Positions 1-8,497 of a DNA stretch of 26,300 nt are shown here, one piece after another (within the stretch, counting starts at the first letter, position 1; each line of letters opens with the position of its first letter). This DNA comes from a virus (taxonomy: Duplodnaviria > Heunggongvirae > Uroviricota > Caudoviricetes): the IMG/VR virus record IMGVR_UViG_3300005253_000530, one strand, 5' to 3'. The notes beneath the pieces were generated by a model. The model was not told where the DNA came from and ran no database searches. It saw only the letters and a program-made list of their open reading frames with translations. The position numbers and the translations under genes were made by a program.

Positions 1-2
1 AC

Positions 3-206
3 TTACGACATAGCTATAAGAAAATTTTTCATAATATACTGACCTTTGAAGGATGGGACAAAAGACTTACAGAAGAACGCATGCGTAGATATAAGGACTT
101 ACCCAAGTATAATTATCTACGAGAGATGAATAATGATGCTAAAAAGGAGTCGTCAACCTTTATATTATCAATAGATCCGGGTTTTTTCGATTTTATGAAT
201 GATTAA
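3..206 (+). CDS. 3' end of a hypothetical protein (truncated by window start)
   Basis: Open frame from base 3 to TAA 204-206 (LRHSYKKIFH...FFDFMND), followed by the RBS of the next gene. Confidence 0.6.
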   Translation, partial: LRHSYKKIFHNILTFEGWDKRLTEERMRRYKDLPKYNYLREMNNDAKKESSTFILSIDPGFFDFMND

Positions 207-217
207 GGAGAATTAAT

Positions 218-385
218 ATGAATCGGTTTGATATAGATCTAATAAGTGCCACATTACTTTCATGTCCGCATTGTGAAGAACGAGCTTTCATAGAAGATTT
301 TAATAATGGTGTTATGATTATCGTATGTCAAAGCAAGATATGTGGTAGTAAATGGCAGATAACGATTAAAATAGAGGAGATATAA
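218..385 (+). CDS. 55-aa Zn-ribbon protein (not in ORF track)
   Basis: AAGGAG RBS; MNRFDIDL...CPHC...CQSKIC; stop abuts the next ATG. Confidence 0.7.
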   Translation: MNRFDIDLISATLLSCPHCEERAFIEDFNNGVMIIVCQSKICGSKWQITIKIEEI

Positions 386-628
386 ATGGACAAAACATTT
401 TGGATAAGAGTAGGTAAGAAACTAATAGAAAATCTACTCTCTGTAAAGGTATGGATAATGTTCTCATACCTAATAGTATCTACCGTGCTATTAGTATATG
501 GATTTATAGACGGTACAATGTGGGTTGCTTCTAACGGTGGTATAATCAGTACTGTTATTGCGTGTCGTGAGGCATTCAAAGTGGCCAAGGTTAAGTCGGA
601 TGATGATACTACCGACTTGATAGTATAA
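386..628 (+). CDS. Small two-TM membrane protein, holin-like
   Basis: 80 aa, two hydrophobic segments, charged C-terminus; lies before spanin-like genes. Confidence 0.45.
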   Translation: MDKTFWIRVGKKLIENLLSVKVWIMFSYLIVSTVLLVYGFIDGTMWVASNGGIISTVIACREAFKVAKVKSDDDTTDLIV

Positions 629-638
629 AGAGAAAACT

Positions 639-977
639 ATGGAACCTTTGACAACAGTACTAACAATATTTGGAGGCATAGGTTTGGTGGGAGCCGTTTC
701 CTACTGGTTCACCTCCAGGTCAGGTGGAAAGAGTAATATCACGGAAGCAGTTCATAAGATTACTCAAAAACTTGGTCAAGAAAAGATTGATAAGATAGAA
801 AGTAAGCAGAATACTATTAAGACAGAGATAACTGTGAAAGAAGATATAGCTGAAGCTACAAAAATAAAAATCACTAAGATACAAGAGACAGCAGCAGCTG
901 AAATAAATGAGGTGCTAAAGGAAGACAATATAGGACGGATCCACACAGTTATTGACAATGAATGGGAGAATTTATAA
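639..977 (+). CDS. N-terminal TM plus coiled-coil protein (i-spanin-like)
   Basis: Hydrophobic residues 5-24, then a K/E-rich helical region. Confidence 0.4.
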   Translation: MEPLTTVLTIFGGIGLVGAVSYWFTSRSGGKSNITEAVHKITQKLGQEKIDKIESKQNTIKTEITVKEDIAEATKIKITKIQETAAAEINEVLKEDNIGRIHTVIDNEWENL

Positions 978-1495
978 TGAGAAAGCTAATACCTATTATA
1001 CTATTAGGTATATTACTATTACCTATAGGATGTATGCCACCAAAATTTATAACAAAAGAACCTATAGATGTTAAGTTCGATCCAACACCTCCTTATTCTA
1101 TTGATCTGTCTAAAATTCCTAAGCCAGATAAATTAAAACCAATATTTGTAGATGAAAATTTAAAAGAAGTGCCTATGGAAAAGGCTAAGTTTATTTTATT
1201 ATCTCCAGTTGAATATAGAAAGATAGCAGCTTTGTTGAAACTGGCTAAGGCTTACAAGGGTATAGTCAAGGAGCAGGAAATACTAGTCAATACTCATGTA
1301 GATATTATTAATTCATTGAAGGAGTATATTGCACTAGAGCGTGCAAAAGCTAAAGAATATAGACAGTTATGGGCTGATTCCGAGAATGCCTACAGACAGG
1401 AGAAGTATGCACATAGCTTGGACAATGCAATTAATAAGGGAGCCTTTGGACTTATGTCAATAGGTTCTTTAGTACTTATGTTTTTACTTTTATAG
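977..1495 (+). CDS. Lipoprotein with C-terminal TM helix (spanin-like)
   Basis: Likely start ATG 977 overlapping the upstream TAA; signal MRKLIPIILLGILLLPIG-C; helical middle; hydrophobic C-terminus. Confidence 0.55.
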   Translation: MRKLIPIILLGILLLPIGCMPPKFITKEPIDVKFDPTPPYSIDLSKIPKPDKLKPIFVDENLKEVPMEKAKFILLSPVEYRKIAALLKLAKAYKGIVKEQEILVNTHVDIINSLKEYIALERAKAKEYRQLWADSENAYRQEKYAHSLDNAINKGAFGLMSIGSLVLMFLLL

Positions 1496-1531
1496 TCTAG
1501 CAAAACATCTATTTTATTCTATAATATATAT
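1496..1531 (+). promoter_or_regulatory. Conserved promoter motif, copy A
   Basis: TCTAGCAAAAcatCTATTTTaTTCTATAATATATAT with TATAAT at 1520-1525; 32/36 identical to the - strand copy at 14449-14484. Confidence 0.65.
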
Positions 1532-1556
1532 GAGACTATATTATAGGAGAGATAGG

Positions 1557-1742
1557 ATGGATAAATGCACAAGACCAATAAGTATGAAAGCCGGTATATA
1601 TCTTTTGTGTGGCCGGCCAGCAAAATATACGGTTGGAGCGTGGGATGTGTGTGAAAAATGTAAGCCTGTTGCTGATTATTACACCAAAAAATATGCGGAA
1701 ATAGAAGGAGAAGTTAATGAAGAAGATGACAGTAGATGTTGA
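1557..1742 (+). CDS. Small Cys-rich hypothetical protein
   Basis: AGGAGAG RBS before ATG 1557; CG...CEKC. Confidence 0.6.
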   Translation: MDKCTRPISMKAGIYLLCGRPAKYTVGAWDVCEKCKPVADYYTKKYAEIEGEVNEEDDSRC

Positions 1743-1926
1743 GGAGTCCTTGGGTTATCAAGCAAACGGTAGGACAAAGAAAGCAAAAGTAGAAACGGCA
1801 AGTAAACGAATAAAAATGTTTATTTGTCCTGAGTGTCATAGGAAAGACGACGTATCAGATAAAAAAGTATTTGGAGAAGTAAGAAAATGCGCAGAGTGCG
1901 GTACAGTAATGCTAAACCAATTCTAA
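1717..1926 (+). CDS. Zn-ribbon protein
   Basis: CPEC...CAEC motifs. Confidence 0.6.
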   Translation: MKKMTVDVEESLGYQANGRTKKAKVETASKRIKMFICPECHRKDDVSDKKVFGEVRKCAECGTVMLNQF

Positions 1927-2120
1927 AAAGTGAATATGTATGTTGTAGAAAAAAACGTAGCCTGCCACGAATAAATCGTGTTATATGTGAACAAAAATGT
2001 AGTGAGTATAAGCCAGGTAAATATCTGGAGTGTCCTCATTATAGTGATTGGTATTACAAATATTATGAAAAAGAGCTAGAAATTCCTGAGCTAAAAAAGA
2101 AAAGAAAGGGGAGGAAATAA
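1887..2120 (+). CDS. Cys-rich basic hypothetical protein (start uncertain)
   Basis: ORF track; stop abuts the next ATG. Confidence 0.5.
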   Translation: MRRVRYSNAKPILKSEYVCCRKKRSLPRINRVICEQKCSEYKPGKYLECPHYSDWYYKYYEKELEIPELKKKRKGRK

Positions 2121-2121
2121 C

Positions 2122-2355
2122 ATGGAACTATTATTAGTAGGTATTATAATAGGGACTATAGGTGCGTCAATAGTATGGTTTTTTGTTTGGCGGAATAATA
2201 AAAAGAAGTTTATGCAAACTATTATCGATATTGATAGTCTGACCGACCTAACCTATACGAGAGAAGAACTTGAAGCCGAGTTGGATAAGGCATGGACACA
2301 GATAAGATCTGATTTTATAGCAAGAGCAGAAAATAGGTTGAATAAATTAAAATAA
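2122..2355 (+). CDS. N-terminal TM hypothetical protein
   Basis: GGGGAGG RBS; hydrophobic residues 3-22. Confidence 0.7.
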   Translation: MELLLVGIIIGTIGASIVWFFVWRNNKKKFMQTIIDIDSLTDLTYTREELEAELDKAWTQIRSDFIARAENRLNKLK

Positions 2356-2365
2356 GGATTGAATT

Positions 2366-3571
2366 ATGCTAACTAAAAAACAAATAGAAAAGTATGCAGA
2401 TGTAATGGTATGGGCCGTGATGGAGGAACGAAGGGGTAAGTTTTCGAAAGGCGATATAGTTCGTGTAAAATTTGATTTACCGGCTATAAGTCTGGCTGAG
2501 GAGATTCAAGTTAGACTACTGGATAAGGATATGCATCCTGATATGTGTCCACTTATTAACGAGAATATGGAGAGAGATTTCTATGAGCATGCTAGCAATA
2601 AACAACTATCTTTTATTATGCCCTGGTCGGAAGCTGCATGTAACAATATAAATGGTAACATATATTTATTTGCACCAACGTCTTTAACACATTTAAAAGA
2701 TATTGATCCTGCAAAAATGGCACGAAGTGCACGAGCCGCTAAGCCTCTTAAGGATATTCTAGAAAACAGGGAATATGCTGGACAGTTTGGATGGACATTG
2801 TGTAGTTTTCCTACTGAAGCAGTAGCAGAGAAAGCCAACATGACGGTGAAGCAATATGCTAATCAAATAGCTAAGGCATGTTATTTGAATGAGTCAGACC
2901 CAATAGGCGCATGGAAAACAGCCATGAAGGACATGGAGAAGATTAGGGTGTGGTTGAATAGGATGTTGGTTAAGACTAAGCACCTACATATCCAATCAAA
3001 GAACATGGATTTAAGGGTGGTGCCAGGTGAATGCCGTAGATGGATGGGCGGAGAAGGGGCTAACATACCCAGCTTCGAGTTGTTTTTATCTCCAGATCAT
3101 AGACATACTGAAGGCGTATATTTCGCTAACCTACCCTCTTATAGGCAGGGTAATTATGTTGAAGATGTAAGAATGGTGTTTAAAAAAGGTTCGGCTGTAG
3201 AAATAACAGCAAAGAAAGGCGAAAAGTATATTCAGGAAACGGCGAAGATGGACAAGGGTGCTAGTAGGGTAGGAGAATTTTCTCTGACTGATAAAAGATT
3301 TTCAAAGATAAATAAATTTATGGCAGAAATATTATATGACGAGAATTATGGTGGAAGGTATGGCAACTGCCACCTTGCACTTGGTTCGTCTTATGGAGAA
3401 ACTTATAATGGTGATCTAAAAACTTTTGATAAGGAAAAGAAAGCAGAGCTAGGATTTAATGATTCAGCACTTCATTGGGACCTTATTAACACAGAGGACA
3501 AGATCGTTACCGCTCTTTTTAACAATGGGAAGGAGAAAGTTATCTATGAGAAAGGAATGTTTACATACTAA
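2366..3571 (+). CDS. Aminopeptidase, M29 (AmpS / aminopeptidase T) family
   Basis: 401 aa; ANIPSFELFLSP, VGEFSL, LYDENYGG..GNCHLALGSSY and SALHWDLI match M29 metal-binding motifs. Confidence 0.9.
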   Translation: MLTKKQIEKYADVMVWAVMEERRGKFSKGDIVRVKFDLPAISLAEEIQVRLLDKDMHPDMCPLINENMERDFYEHASNKQLSFIMPWSEAACNNINGNIYLFAPTSLTHLKDIDPAKMARSARAAKPLKDILENREYAGQFGWTLCSFPTEAVAEKANMTVKQYANQIAKACYLNESDPIGAWKTAMKDMEKIRVWLNRMLVKTKHLHIQSKNMDLRVVPGECRRWMGGEGANIPSFELFLSPDHRHTEGVYFANLPSYRQGNYVEDVRMVFKKGSAVEITAKKGEKYIQETAKMDKGASRVGEFSLTDKRFSKINKFMAEILYDENYGGRYGNCHLALGSSYGETYNGDLKTFDKEKKAELGFNDSALHWDLINTEDKIVTALFNNGKEKVIYEKGMFTY

Positions 3572-3589
3572 TGAAAGGAGGATATCAGA

Positions 3590-3790
3590 GTGGCTATTGG
3601 AACAGTAAAATGGTTTAATGACAAGAAAGGCTACGGTTTTATTGAGCAGGAAGACGGTCCCGATGTATTTGTTCATCATTCAGGAATAAACGCGCACGGA
3701 TTCAGAACTCTGGACGAAGGCGCTAACGTTGATTTTGAAGTAGAGCAAGGCGACAAAGGTCCAACCGCAGTAAATGTCACAACAATCTAA
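3590..3790 (+). CDS. csp: Cold-shock protein (CspA family)
   Basis: [15 protein letters not shown] (RNP1) and DVFVHHS (RNP2); GTG start after AAAGGAGG. Confidence 0.97.
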   Translation: MAIGTVKWFNDKKGYGFIEQEDGPDVFVHHSGINAHGFRTLDEGANVDFEVEQGDKGPTAVNVTTI

Positions 3791-3799
3791 GAAAGCATT

Positions 3800-3817
3800 G
3801 CCCAGGTAACTGGGCAT
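3800..3817 (+). terminator. Hairpin after csp
   Basis: TGCCCAG-GTAA-CTGGGCA, 7-bp stem with GNRA loop; no clear U-tract on +. Confidence 0.4.
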
Positions 3818-3835
3818 GCAAACTTTCAAAAAAAT

Positions 3836-3889
3836 AAATAGAGTGCCGGTTCATAGGGAGAATTTCGCAGATGATAAATTTTTTTAAAA
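3836..3889. repeat. 54-bp direct repeat, copy 1
   Basis: 48/54 identical to 4390-4443. Confidence 0.9.
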
Positions 3890-3921
3890 AGAAAATAAAA
3901 AGAAAATAAAAGGAGTAAGGT

Positions 3922-4194
3922 ATGGTAAAATTAGAAGCAACTAAAAAGGATGGGAATATTATTATTTCGGAAAATAGTTTTGAACATCTTCTTGCCTGTC
4001 TGGACAACCAGAAGTTTGTTGGTGAGGCTCCACCCAATGGTGATGCTTTAGCTATGGGTGAAGAAGCTTACAATGAAACGCAGAGAGAGATACAAGAAGC
4101 TATTGACAACTTTAACAGACAGTGCAGAGTTTTGTTGCATGATCTTAAACCAGTTGAATCACCGTGTAGTGGCTGTGGGGTATGTGATGCCTAA
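3922..4194 (+). CDS. Hypothetical protein
   Basis: AAGGAGT RBS; 90 aa; C-terminal CSGCGVC. Confidence 0.75.
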   Translation: MVKLEATKKDGNIIISENSFEHLLACLDNQKFVGEAPPNGDALAMGEEAYNETQREIQEAIDNFNRQCRVLLHDLKPVESPCSGCGVCDA

Positions 4195-4369
4195 AAAACC
4201 ATTAGTTGAAGGCATAAAAGAGAAATGTAAAGTACAAATAAAAACTAGCGATCAGGAAGATGATTATATGGATGTGGATTTAACTATTACATTTCTGGAT
4301 GGCACGTTAAAAGGAATGTCATATTATTTAACGATTGATCTTCAGGATTATAAAGAGGTAGGTTGGTAG
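4187..4369 (+). CDS. Hypothetical protein (start reassigned from 4058)
   Basis: ATG 4187 overlaps the upstream stop; MPKKPLVEG... Confidence 0.55.
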   Translation: MPKKPLVEGIKEKCKVQIKTSDQEDDYMDVDLTITFLDGTLKGMSYYLTIDLQDYKEVGW

Positions 4370-4389
4370 AAAATAATTCTCGCGCATAA

Positions 4390-4463
4390 AAATAGAGGTC
4401 CGGTTCATTGGCAAATTTTCGCAGATGATAAATTTTTTTAAAAGATGATAAATTTTTTTAAAA
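4390..4463. repeat. 54-bp direct repeat, copy 2, plus tandem partial third copy
   Basis: AGATGATAAATTTTTTTAAAA repeated again at 4443-4463. Confidence 0.9.
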
Positions 4464-4502
4464 ACAAAATCAAAATCAAATAAAGAATAGTAATAAGTAA
4501 AC

Positions 4503-4549
4503 AACAATGGTAACTATATATATATCTTATAGTTGCCATTTGTTTTTTT
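4503..4549 (+). terminator. Intrinsic terminator at the end of the + strand block
   Basis: AACAATGGTAACTATA / TATAGTTGCCATTTGTT stem followed by a T-run. Confidence 0.65.
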
Positions 4550-4766
4550 CATACCAATTTCTAGTAGTTTTAGTGAAATGAACTGACATAGAAGTTTAAC
4601 CCCTACAAATAAACCAATACTGTGAGGTATGAGATAAGCCATTAGGGGATTTAGTTCAAGTAGTAGTTCTAAATTTGTTCCCCCCCACAGTTATGGCTGT
4701 ATCTAGTAGTATAACCAGTAGTAGTATTTTTGTATATTTGTTCATATATGTTACCAGTTTGGAAGG

Positions 4767-4807
4767 GTATAAAGGAGCTAACCACCCCATAGTCTGCTCC
4801 TTTATAC
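4767..4807. repeat. Perfect 12-bp inverted repeat
   Basis: GTATAAAGGAGC-N17-GCTCCTTTATAC. Confidence 0.85.
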
Positions 4808-4875
4808 GGTGAAATGAAAAGTTGGTAGGTACTATTATGAATAGTATAGAGTAGGCTTATTATTATTATTTTTAT

Positions 4876-5058
4876 TTATATTCCCCAGTATAGTTTTACT
4901 GACAGCCGGGCAATCCATATAGGAGGCCCGCAAGCTAAGATAATCCATCTGCTGTCATATAGTAGCCTTGCATTACCAAACCATAGTTTATAGGTATATA
5001 TTAACCCACCTATTATAGTCCATAATCCAATGATTGATAATATTGTTAAGGCTGTCAT
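4876..5058 (-). CDS. Small membrane protein
   Basis: AGGAG RBS; two hydrophobic segments. Confidence 0.65.
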   Translation of the reverse strand: MTALTILSIIGLWTIIGGLIYTYKLWFGNARLLYDSRWIILACGPPIWIARLSVKLYWGI

Positions 5059-5144
5059 GTTAATACTCCTTTATGAGGTCTTGATGGTCCTATTGGTATA
5101 GGTTTTTTGTCATAATCTGATGGCCCTGATCCCTCTAGTTTCAT
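5055..5144 (-). CDS. 29-aa micro-ORF MKLEGSGPSDYDKKPIPIGPSRPHKGVLT
   Basis: AAGGAGGT RBS; TGA overlaps the next ATG; shares GPSDYD with 5330-5383. Confidence 0.65.
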   Translation of the reverse strand: MKLEGSGPSDYDKKPIPIGPSRPHKGVLT

Positions 5145-5145
5145 A

Positions 5146-5328
5146 TTACCTCCTTGATCTACATTTTGAACATCCATTTGCAGTAGGTACATCTATTATT
5201 TCGTCACAGTTTCCACAATAAGTTAAAGCCACTGATCCTTGTCCAGTAGCCATATTTTTTCGAAAGTGTTCTTGCCAGTTTTCTGGAGTTTTTATATTAT
5301 ACATTCTGGCATATTCTGACATCTTCAT
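5146..5328 (-). CDS. Small Zn-binding protein
   Basis: CGNC...CSKC; AAGGAG RBS. Confidence 0.7.
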   Translation of the reverse strand: MKMSEYARMYNIKTPENWQEHFRKNMATGQGSVALTYCGNCDEIIDVPTANGCSKCRSRR

Positions 5329-5329
5329 A

Positions 5330-5383
5330 TTAATGCTCCTTTATGTAATCATAGTCCGATGGTCCTGGTTGTGTTGGTTTCAC
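5330..5383 (-). CDS. 17-aa micro-ORF MKPTQPGPSDYDYIKEH
   Basis: GAGGT RBS; GTG overlaps the upstream TGA; shares GPSDYD with 5055-5144. Confidence 0.6.
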   Translation of the reverse strand: MKPTQPGPSDYDYIKEH

Positions 5384-5625
5384 ATTACCTCGTATGTAGT
5401 AGTTTTTGTAACTTTTCTGAGCCTGGCTTTTCTCAGTTCTTTTATATAATGAGAGCCTTCATACGTCATATCCGTTGGACGCTTACAATACCTAGGGTCA
5501 GATATCATAGCTGTACTAATATCACTAAATCCATAGCTAGTGCTATGACCGTCTTCATACAGACAACCCCAGAATTTGCCATTTAATTCTGCTACTACAC
5601 CTGATTCAGTAAATGTTTTTTTCAT
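5380..5625 (-). CDS. Hypothetical protein
   Basis: AGGAG RBS; 81 aa. Confidence 0.75.
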   Translation of the reverse strand: MKKTFTESGVVAELNGKFWGCLYEDGHSTSYGFSDISTAMISDPRYCKRPTDMTYEGSHYIKELRKARLRKVTKTTTYEVM

Positions 5626-5635
5626 ATTAATTCTC

Positions 5636-5905
5636 CTATTCTATTAAGTAAATGTCCTTAAGTCGCTCAAAGTATTTCTCTAGTGTAGTTTGTACTGGAT
5701 CAGATACTGTAACAAGTACTTCTCCACTAAAAAAACTTAAGCAATCTTTTTCTTCATCATATATGACATCTGCGCCTTCATACCAGTCAATAGCACATTG
5801 TTTAATTTTTTCTAGCGCGTCCTCAAAATCATCAGCATCAATCAGATAATGGTGACTATATTCTCGCTCCCCGTTTCTTTCTGTTAGTGTAGATTCAAAA
5901 TACAT
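5636..5905 (-). CDS. Acidic hypothetical protein
   Basis: 89 aa, tightly packed with neighbours. Confidence 0.75.
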   Translation of the reverse strand: MYFESTLTERNGEREYSHHYLIDADDFEDALEKIKQCAIDWYEGADVIYDEEKDCLSFFSGEVLVTVSDPVQTTLEKYFERLKDIYLIE

Positions 5906-5906
5906 A

Positions 5907-6179
5907 CTAAGTCTCCTTCACATAATCTATTCCGGCTGAATCTAATGGTATGTTTATTTCTGTTGCATAAAATCCGAGGGCTACTGGAGGCTCTTTAGCT
6001 ACTACCCATACTATTTCATCGTCTCTTTTGTCTGTGCCGCCATCAAAATCGTTTGGTGTAAGTTCGTATACCTTAAAAATGCTATTAGCTTCAAAACATT
6101 GTGGAATGTTCCCACCTACTGTGAAACAATCACCACAATCACCGCCATACCACTTACAACAGTTCATGTATGTATCCAT
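5907..6179 (-). CDS. Hypothetical protein
   Basis: AGGAG RBS; N-terminal Cys cluster. Confidence 0.7.
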   Translation of the reverse strand: MDTYMNCCKWYGGDCGDCFTVGGNIPQCFEANSIFKVYELTPNDFDGGTDKRDDEIVWVVAKEPPVALGFYATEINIPLDSAGIDYVKET

Positions 6180-6215
6180 TTAACACTCCTTACAGGAATT
6201 TGCAGTACATCCAGC

Positions 6216-6437
6216 TCATACTTTTTTACCAGTACTTGGTTTTTTATCTGTACTTGGCTTAGGTTTTTTCTTATCTTTGTAGTCAGTAGCATACCAGCCA
6301 GTACCTTTTAGTATAAATGAAGTATTAGAGACAAGTCTTTTCATAGCTCCATGACATAACGGTGCTGGATCATCTGTTTTTTGAATGACTTCTGCTATTT
6401 TTTTACATTTGCCGCATTTGTATTCATATATTGGCAT
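6216..6437 (-). CDS. FmdB-family zinc-ribbon protein
   Basis: [11 protein letters not shown]...[11 protein letters not shown], characteristic of the family. Confidence 0.9.
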   Translation of the reverse strand: MPIYEYKCGKCKKIAEVIQKTDDPAPLCHGAMKRLVSNTSFILKGTGWYATDYKDKKKPKPSTDKKPSTGKKV

Positions 6438-6448
6438 TAAATTCTCCT

Positions 6449-7930
6449 TTATTCCCCTATAGCCTCTTCCCTTTTCAATAATTCTATGTTGATATCACAT
6501 TTTTCGCTTAATGTTTTGGCTATCTGCTCTACACTGCTGTTAAATCCACTTGCGACTAGTATGCATCTTTCAGGTATTTTGCCGTCAGAAGCGCGTATAC
6601 AATACGCATACAATAATAGTTGTCCTATGTCTTTTGGCTCGGCGTTGCCGGCTTTTAGCTCCATTATGTATATGGTACCATCAGGATTGCGTACGGAGAT
6701 GTCTATTTCTACACCGCCAATTGATTTTTCTATCTGTACTTTGGCACCAGGATTGTGGCCTGTCAGTATTTTTATCAATTGCTGTCTTATGAGGCTCTCT
6801 CGTATTGCATTTGTGTCACGTTTTATGGTATATGCATCTATATCACTGCTTAGTATTTCGCACAACCTAACCCATCCGGGATGATCTGTAGTTATATCAG
6901 TCTTATTAACTATTGTAGAGAAACTATCTGGTAATATAATTTCGCCACAGAATTCGTTGTATTTGTTATGTTTCGACCGGTCAAATATTTCAGTGAACAC
7001 ACCAGATTTTAGTACTATACCTTTACATACTATATCTACGCCTTGTGTACGCTGATTGCACTGATAGGATAACATAAGCTCATATGGCCATCCCATGCCG
7101 GTGTCTTTTGGTTTAGATTCGTTTAACCTGCCAAATCTGTATATTATTTTCTCTCCTTCTATATCAAAGTGGCGCTCTGTCACCTCACCACAGTAAGGTA
7201 TTTCTATGGGTATTATTTTTTTGCTCTTAATGTCGTCCTTGTCAATCCATTTCAACAATATTCTGTTTGATTTGTGGTGTTCTAATAAGCCCCGGTATCG
7301 TATGCCTAGAAACTCACCTATTCTGTCCATATAGGATGCAAACGATTTGCCGCTGGGGTAGACGGTTCTAACATGATCCATCGTTGTAGATACATAGATA
7401 CGTGTGCCAATACTGCTGTGCTGATCAAGTGTATTAGTAAGATCATTCTCTGACCACCCCTGAGCGGTGTCTACTTTCATGCCCATATGGAATGGACCAT
7501 CGACAAAGAATATCTGGTTATCCTTGGCAACATGTTTTGGAGATGTTTCGATGCGAAATGGCATCTTATTGCCCCTTGTCATACTACATATAGCATTCTT
7601 TAGGCCATACCCATGTTCATTCAATACTCCTCCAACTGGCCCAGAGCCCCCTAAACTTAGTACACAGCTAGACAGATCTTTTGCCTCTATTCCACAGCTC
7701 TGATCAGCTATCAGTACCTCAATTTCATCACCATGGTTAGCTATAATTATTTCGACTCTGAATGCTGTGGGTGTGCCGTACTGATCTTTAGGCACTGCTG
7801 ATATAGAATTGTCAACTAATTCACTTATAGTTTGGCCAAAATGCATGTTTTGTCGGCCTATTCCTTCCCACACCATCCCCATAAATCCGGCTCCGAAGTC
7901 TACGTCTATAGGGAAATCGCCATTCTTCAT
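6449..7930 (-). CDS. GHKL (MORC/HSP90-like) ATPase fused to a C-terminal PD-(D/E)XK nuclease
   Basis: ELVDNSI (N box), [18 protein letters not shown] (G box); C-terminal EIDI...IMELK...DIGQLLLY. Confidence 0.8.
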   Translation of the reverse strand: MKNGDFPIDVDFGAGFMGMVWEGIGRQNMHFGQTISELVDNSISAVPKDQYGTPTAFRVEIIIANHGDEIEVLIADQSCGIEAKDLSSCVLSLGGSGPVGGVLNEHGYGLKNAICSMTRGNKMPFRIETSPKHVAKDNQIFFVDGPFHMGMKVDTAQGWSENDLTNTLDQHSSIGTRIYVSTTMDHVRTVYPSGKSFASYMDRIGEFLGIRYRGLLEHHKSNRILLKWIDKDDIKSKKIIPIEIPYCGEVTERHFDIEGEKIIYRFGRLNESKPKDTGMGWPYELMLSYQCNQRTQGVDIVCKGIVLKSGVFTEIFDRSKHNKYNEFCGEIILPDSFSTIVNKTDITTDHPGWVRLCEILSSDIDAYTIKRDTNAIRESLIRQQLIKILTGHNPGAKVQIEKSIGGVEIDISVRNPDGTIYIMELKAGNAEPKDIGQLLLYAYCIRASDGKIPERCILVASGFNSSVEQIAKTLSEKCDINIELLKREEAIGE

Positions 7931-8316
7931 TCTAATTCTCCTTTGTTTTCCTCAAGAGTTTTTTGTTTGTATTCTTTTATATCCTGACCAAACAGATCTA
8001 TGCTGTTGATCCATCCCGATATAATTTGTGCTTTTACTATATCATATGCGTTTACTCTATACCATATATCTATTATGTACCATTCACCCCTGACTACTTT
8101 ATGACCGATCTCCAGCACTTCAAAACCACTGCCAGAGGGTAGCATAGTATATTTTGTAGTATCGCTAGTATTGAATGACGGTATAATAGGTGTTTGTTTA
8201 GAAATAATATATGTATGTCCAACTTGTAGTGAACCGTATTCTATTGCGTTAGATATGGTCGGTATGGGTATGGTGAATAAAGCGACAAATAATAGTATTT
8301 TTGATAAATATTTCAT
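7927..8316 (-). CDS. Secreted/periplasmic protein with signal peptide
   Basis: ATG 8316 after GAGGAG; MKYLSKILLFVALFTIPIPTISNA. Confidence 0.7.
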   Translation of the reverse strand: MKYLSKILLFVALFTIPIPTISNAIEYGSLQVGHTYIISKQTPIIPSFNTSDTTKYTMLPSGSGFEVLEIGHKVVRGEWYIIDIWYRVNAYDIVKAQIISGWINSIDLFGQDIKEYKQKTLEENKGELE

Positions 8317-8330
8317 TGTAATTCTCCTCT

Positions 8331-8486
8331 TCAAATCCTCTCTAGTTCTTCCATAATATCATCCATTTCTTTATCAAGTTCTATTAGCTCCTTTTTAAGA
8401 TCAGCTTCATGTATTTTCCAGCAGTCCAGACATTCTGTACGCGGCTCACGTATTCCTTTATATCTTGGGTGTTTTTTACATTTCAT
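8331..8486 (-). CDS. 51-aa Cys/His protein (not in ORF track)
   Basis: MKCKKHPRYKG...CLDCW plus an acidic helix. Confidence 0.7.
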   Translation of the reverse strand: MKCKKHPRYKGIREPRTECLDCWKIHEADLKKELIELDKEMDDIMEELERI

Positions 8487-8497
8487 TTTTCTTCTTC

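Noticed and set aside
1520-1532. Leaderless mRNA starting at ATG 1530
   Set aside because: A strong RBS precedes ATG 1557, which is the more likely start.
4408-4425. Sigma54 promoter within the direct repeat
   Set aside because: The GG to GC spacing is 9 nt, not the required 10, in both copies.
3836-4463. CRISPR array
   Set aside because: Only two full repeats, separated by 500 bp of coding sequence; no regular spacers.
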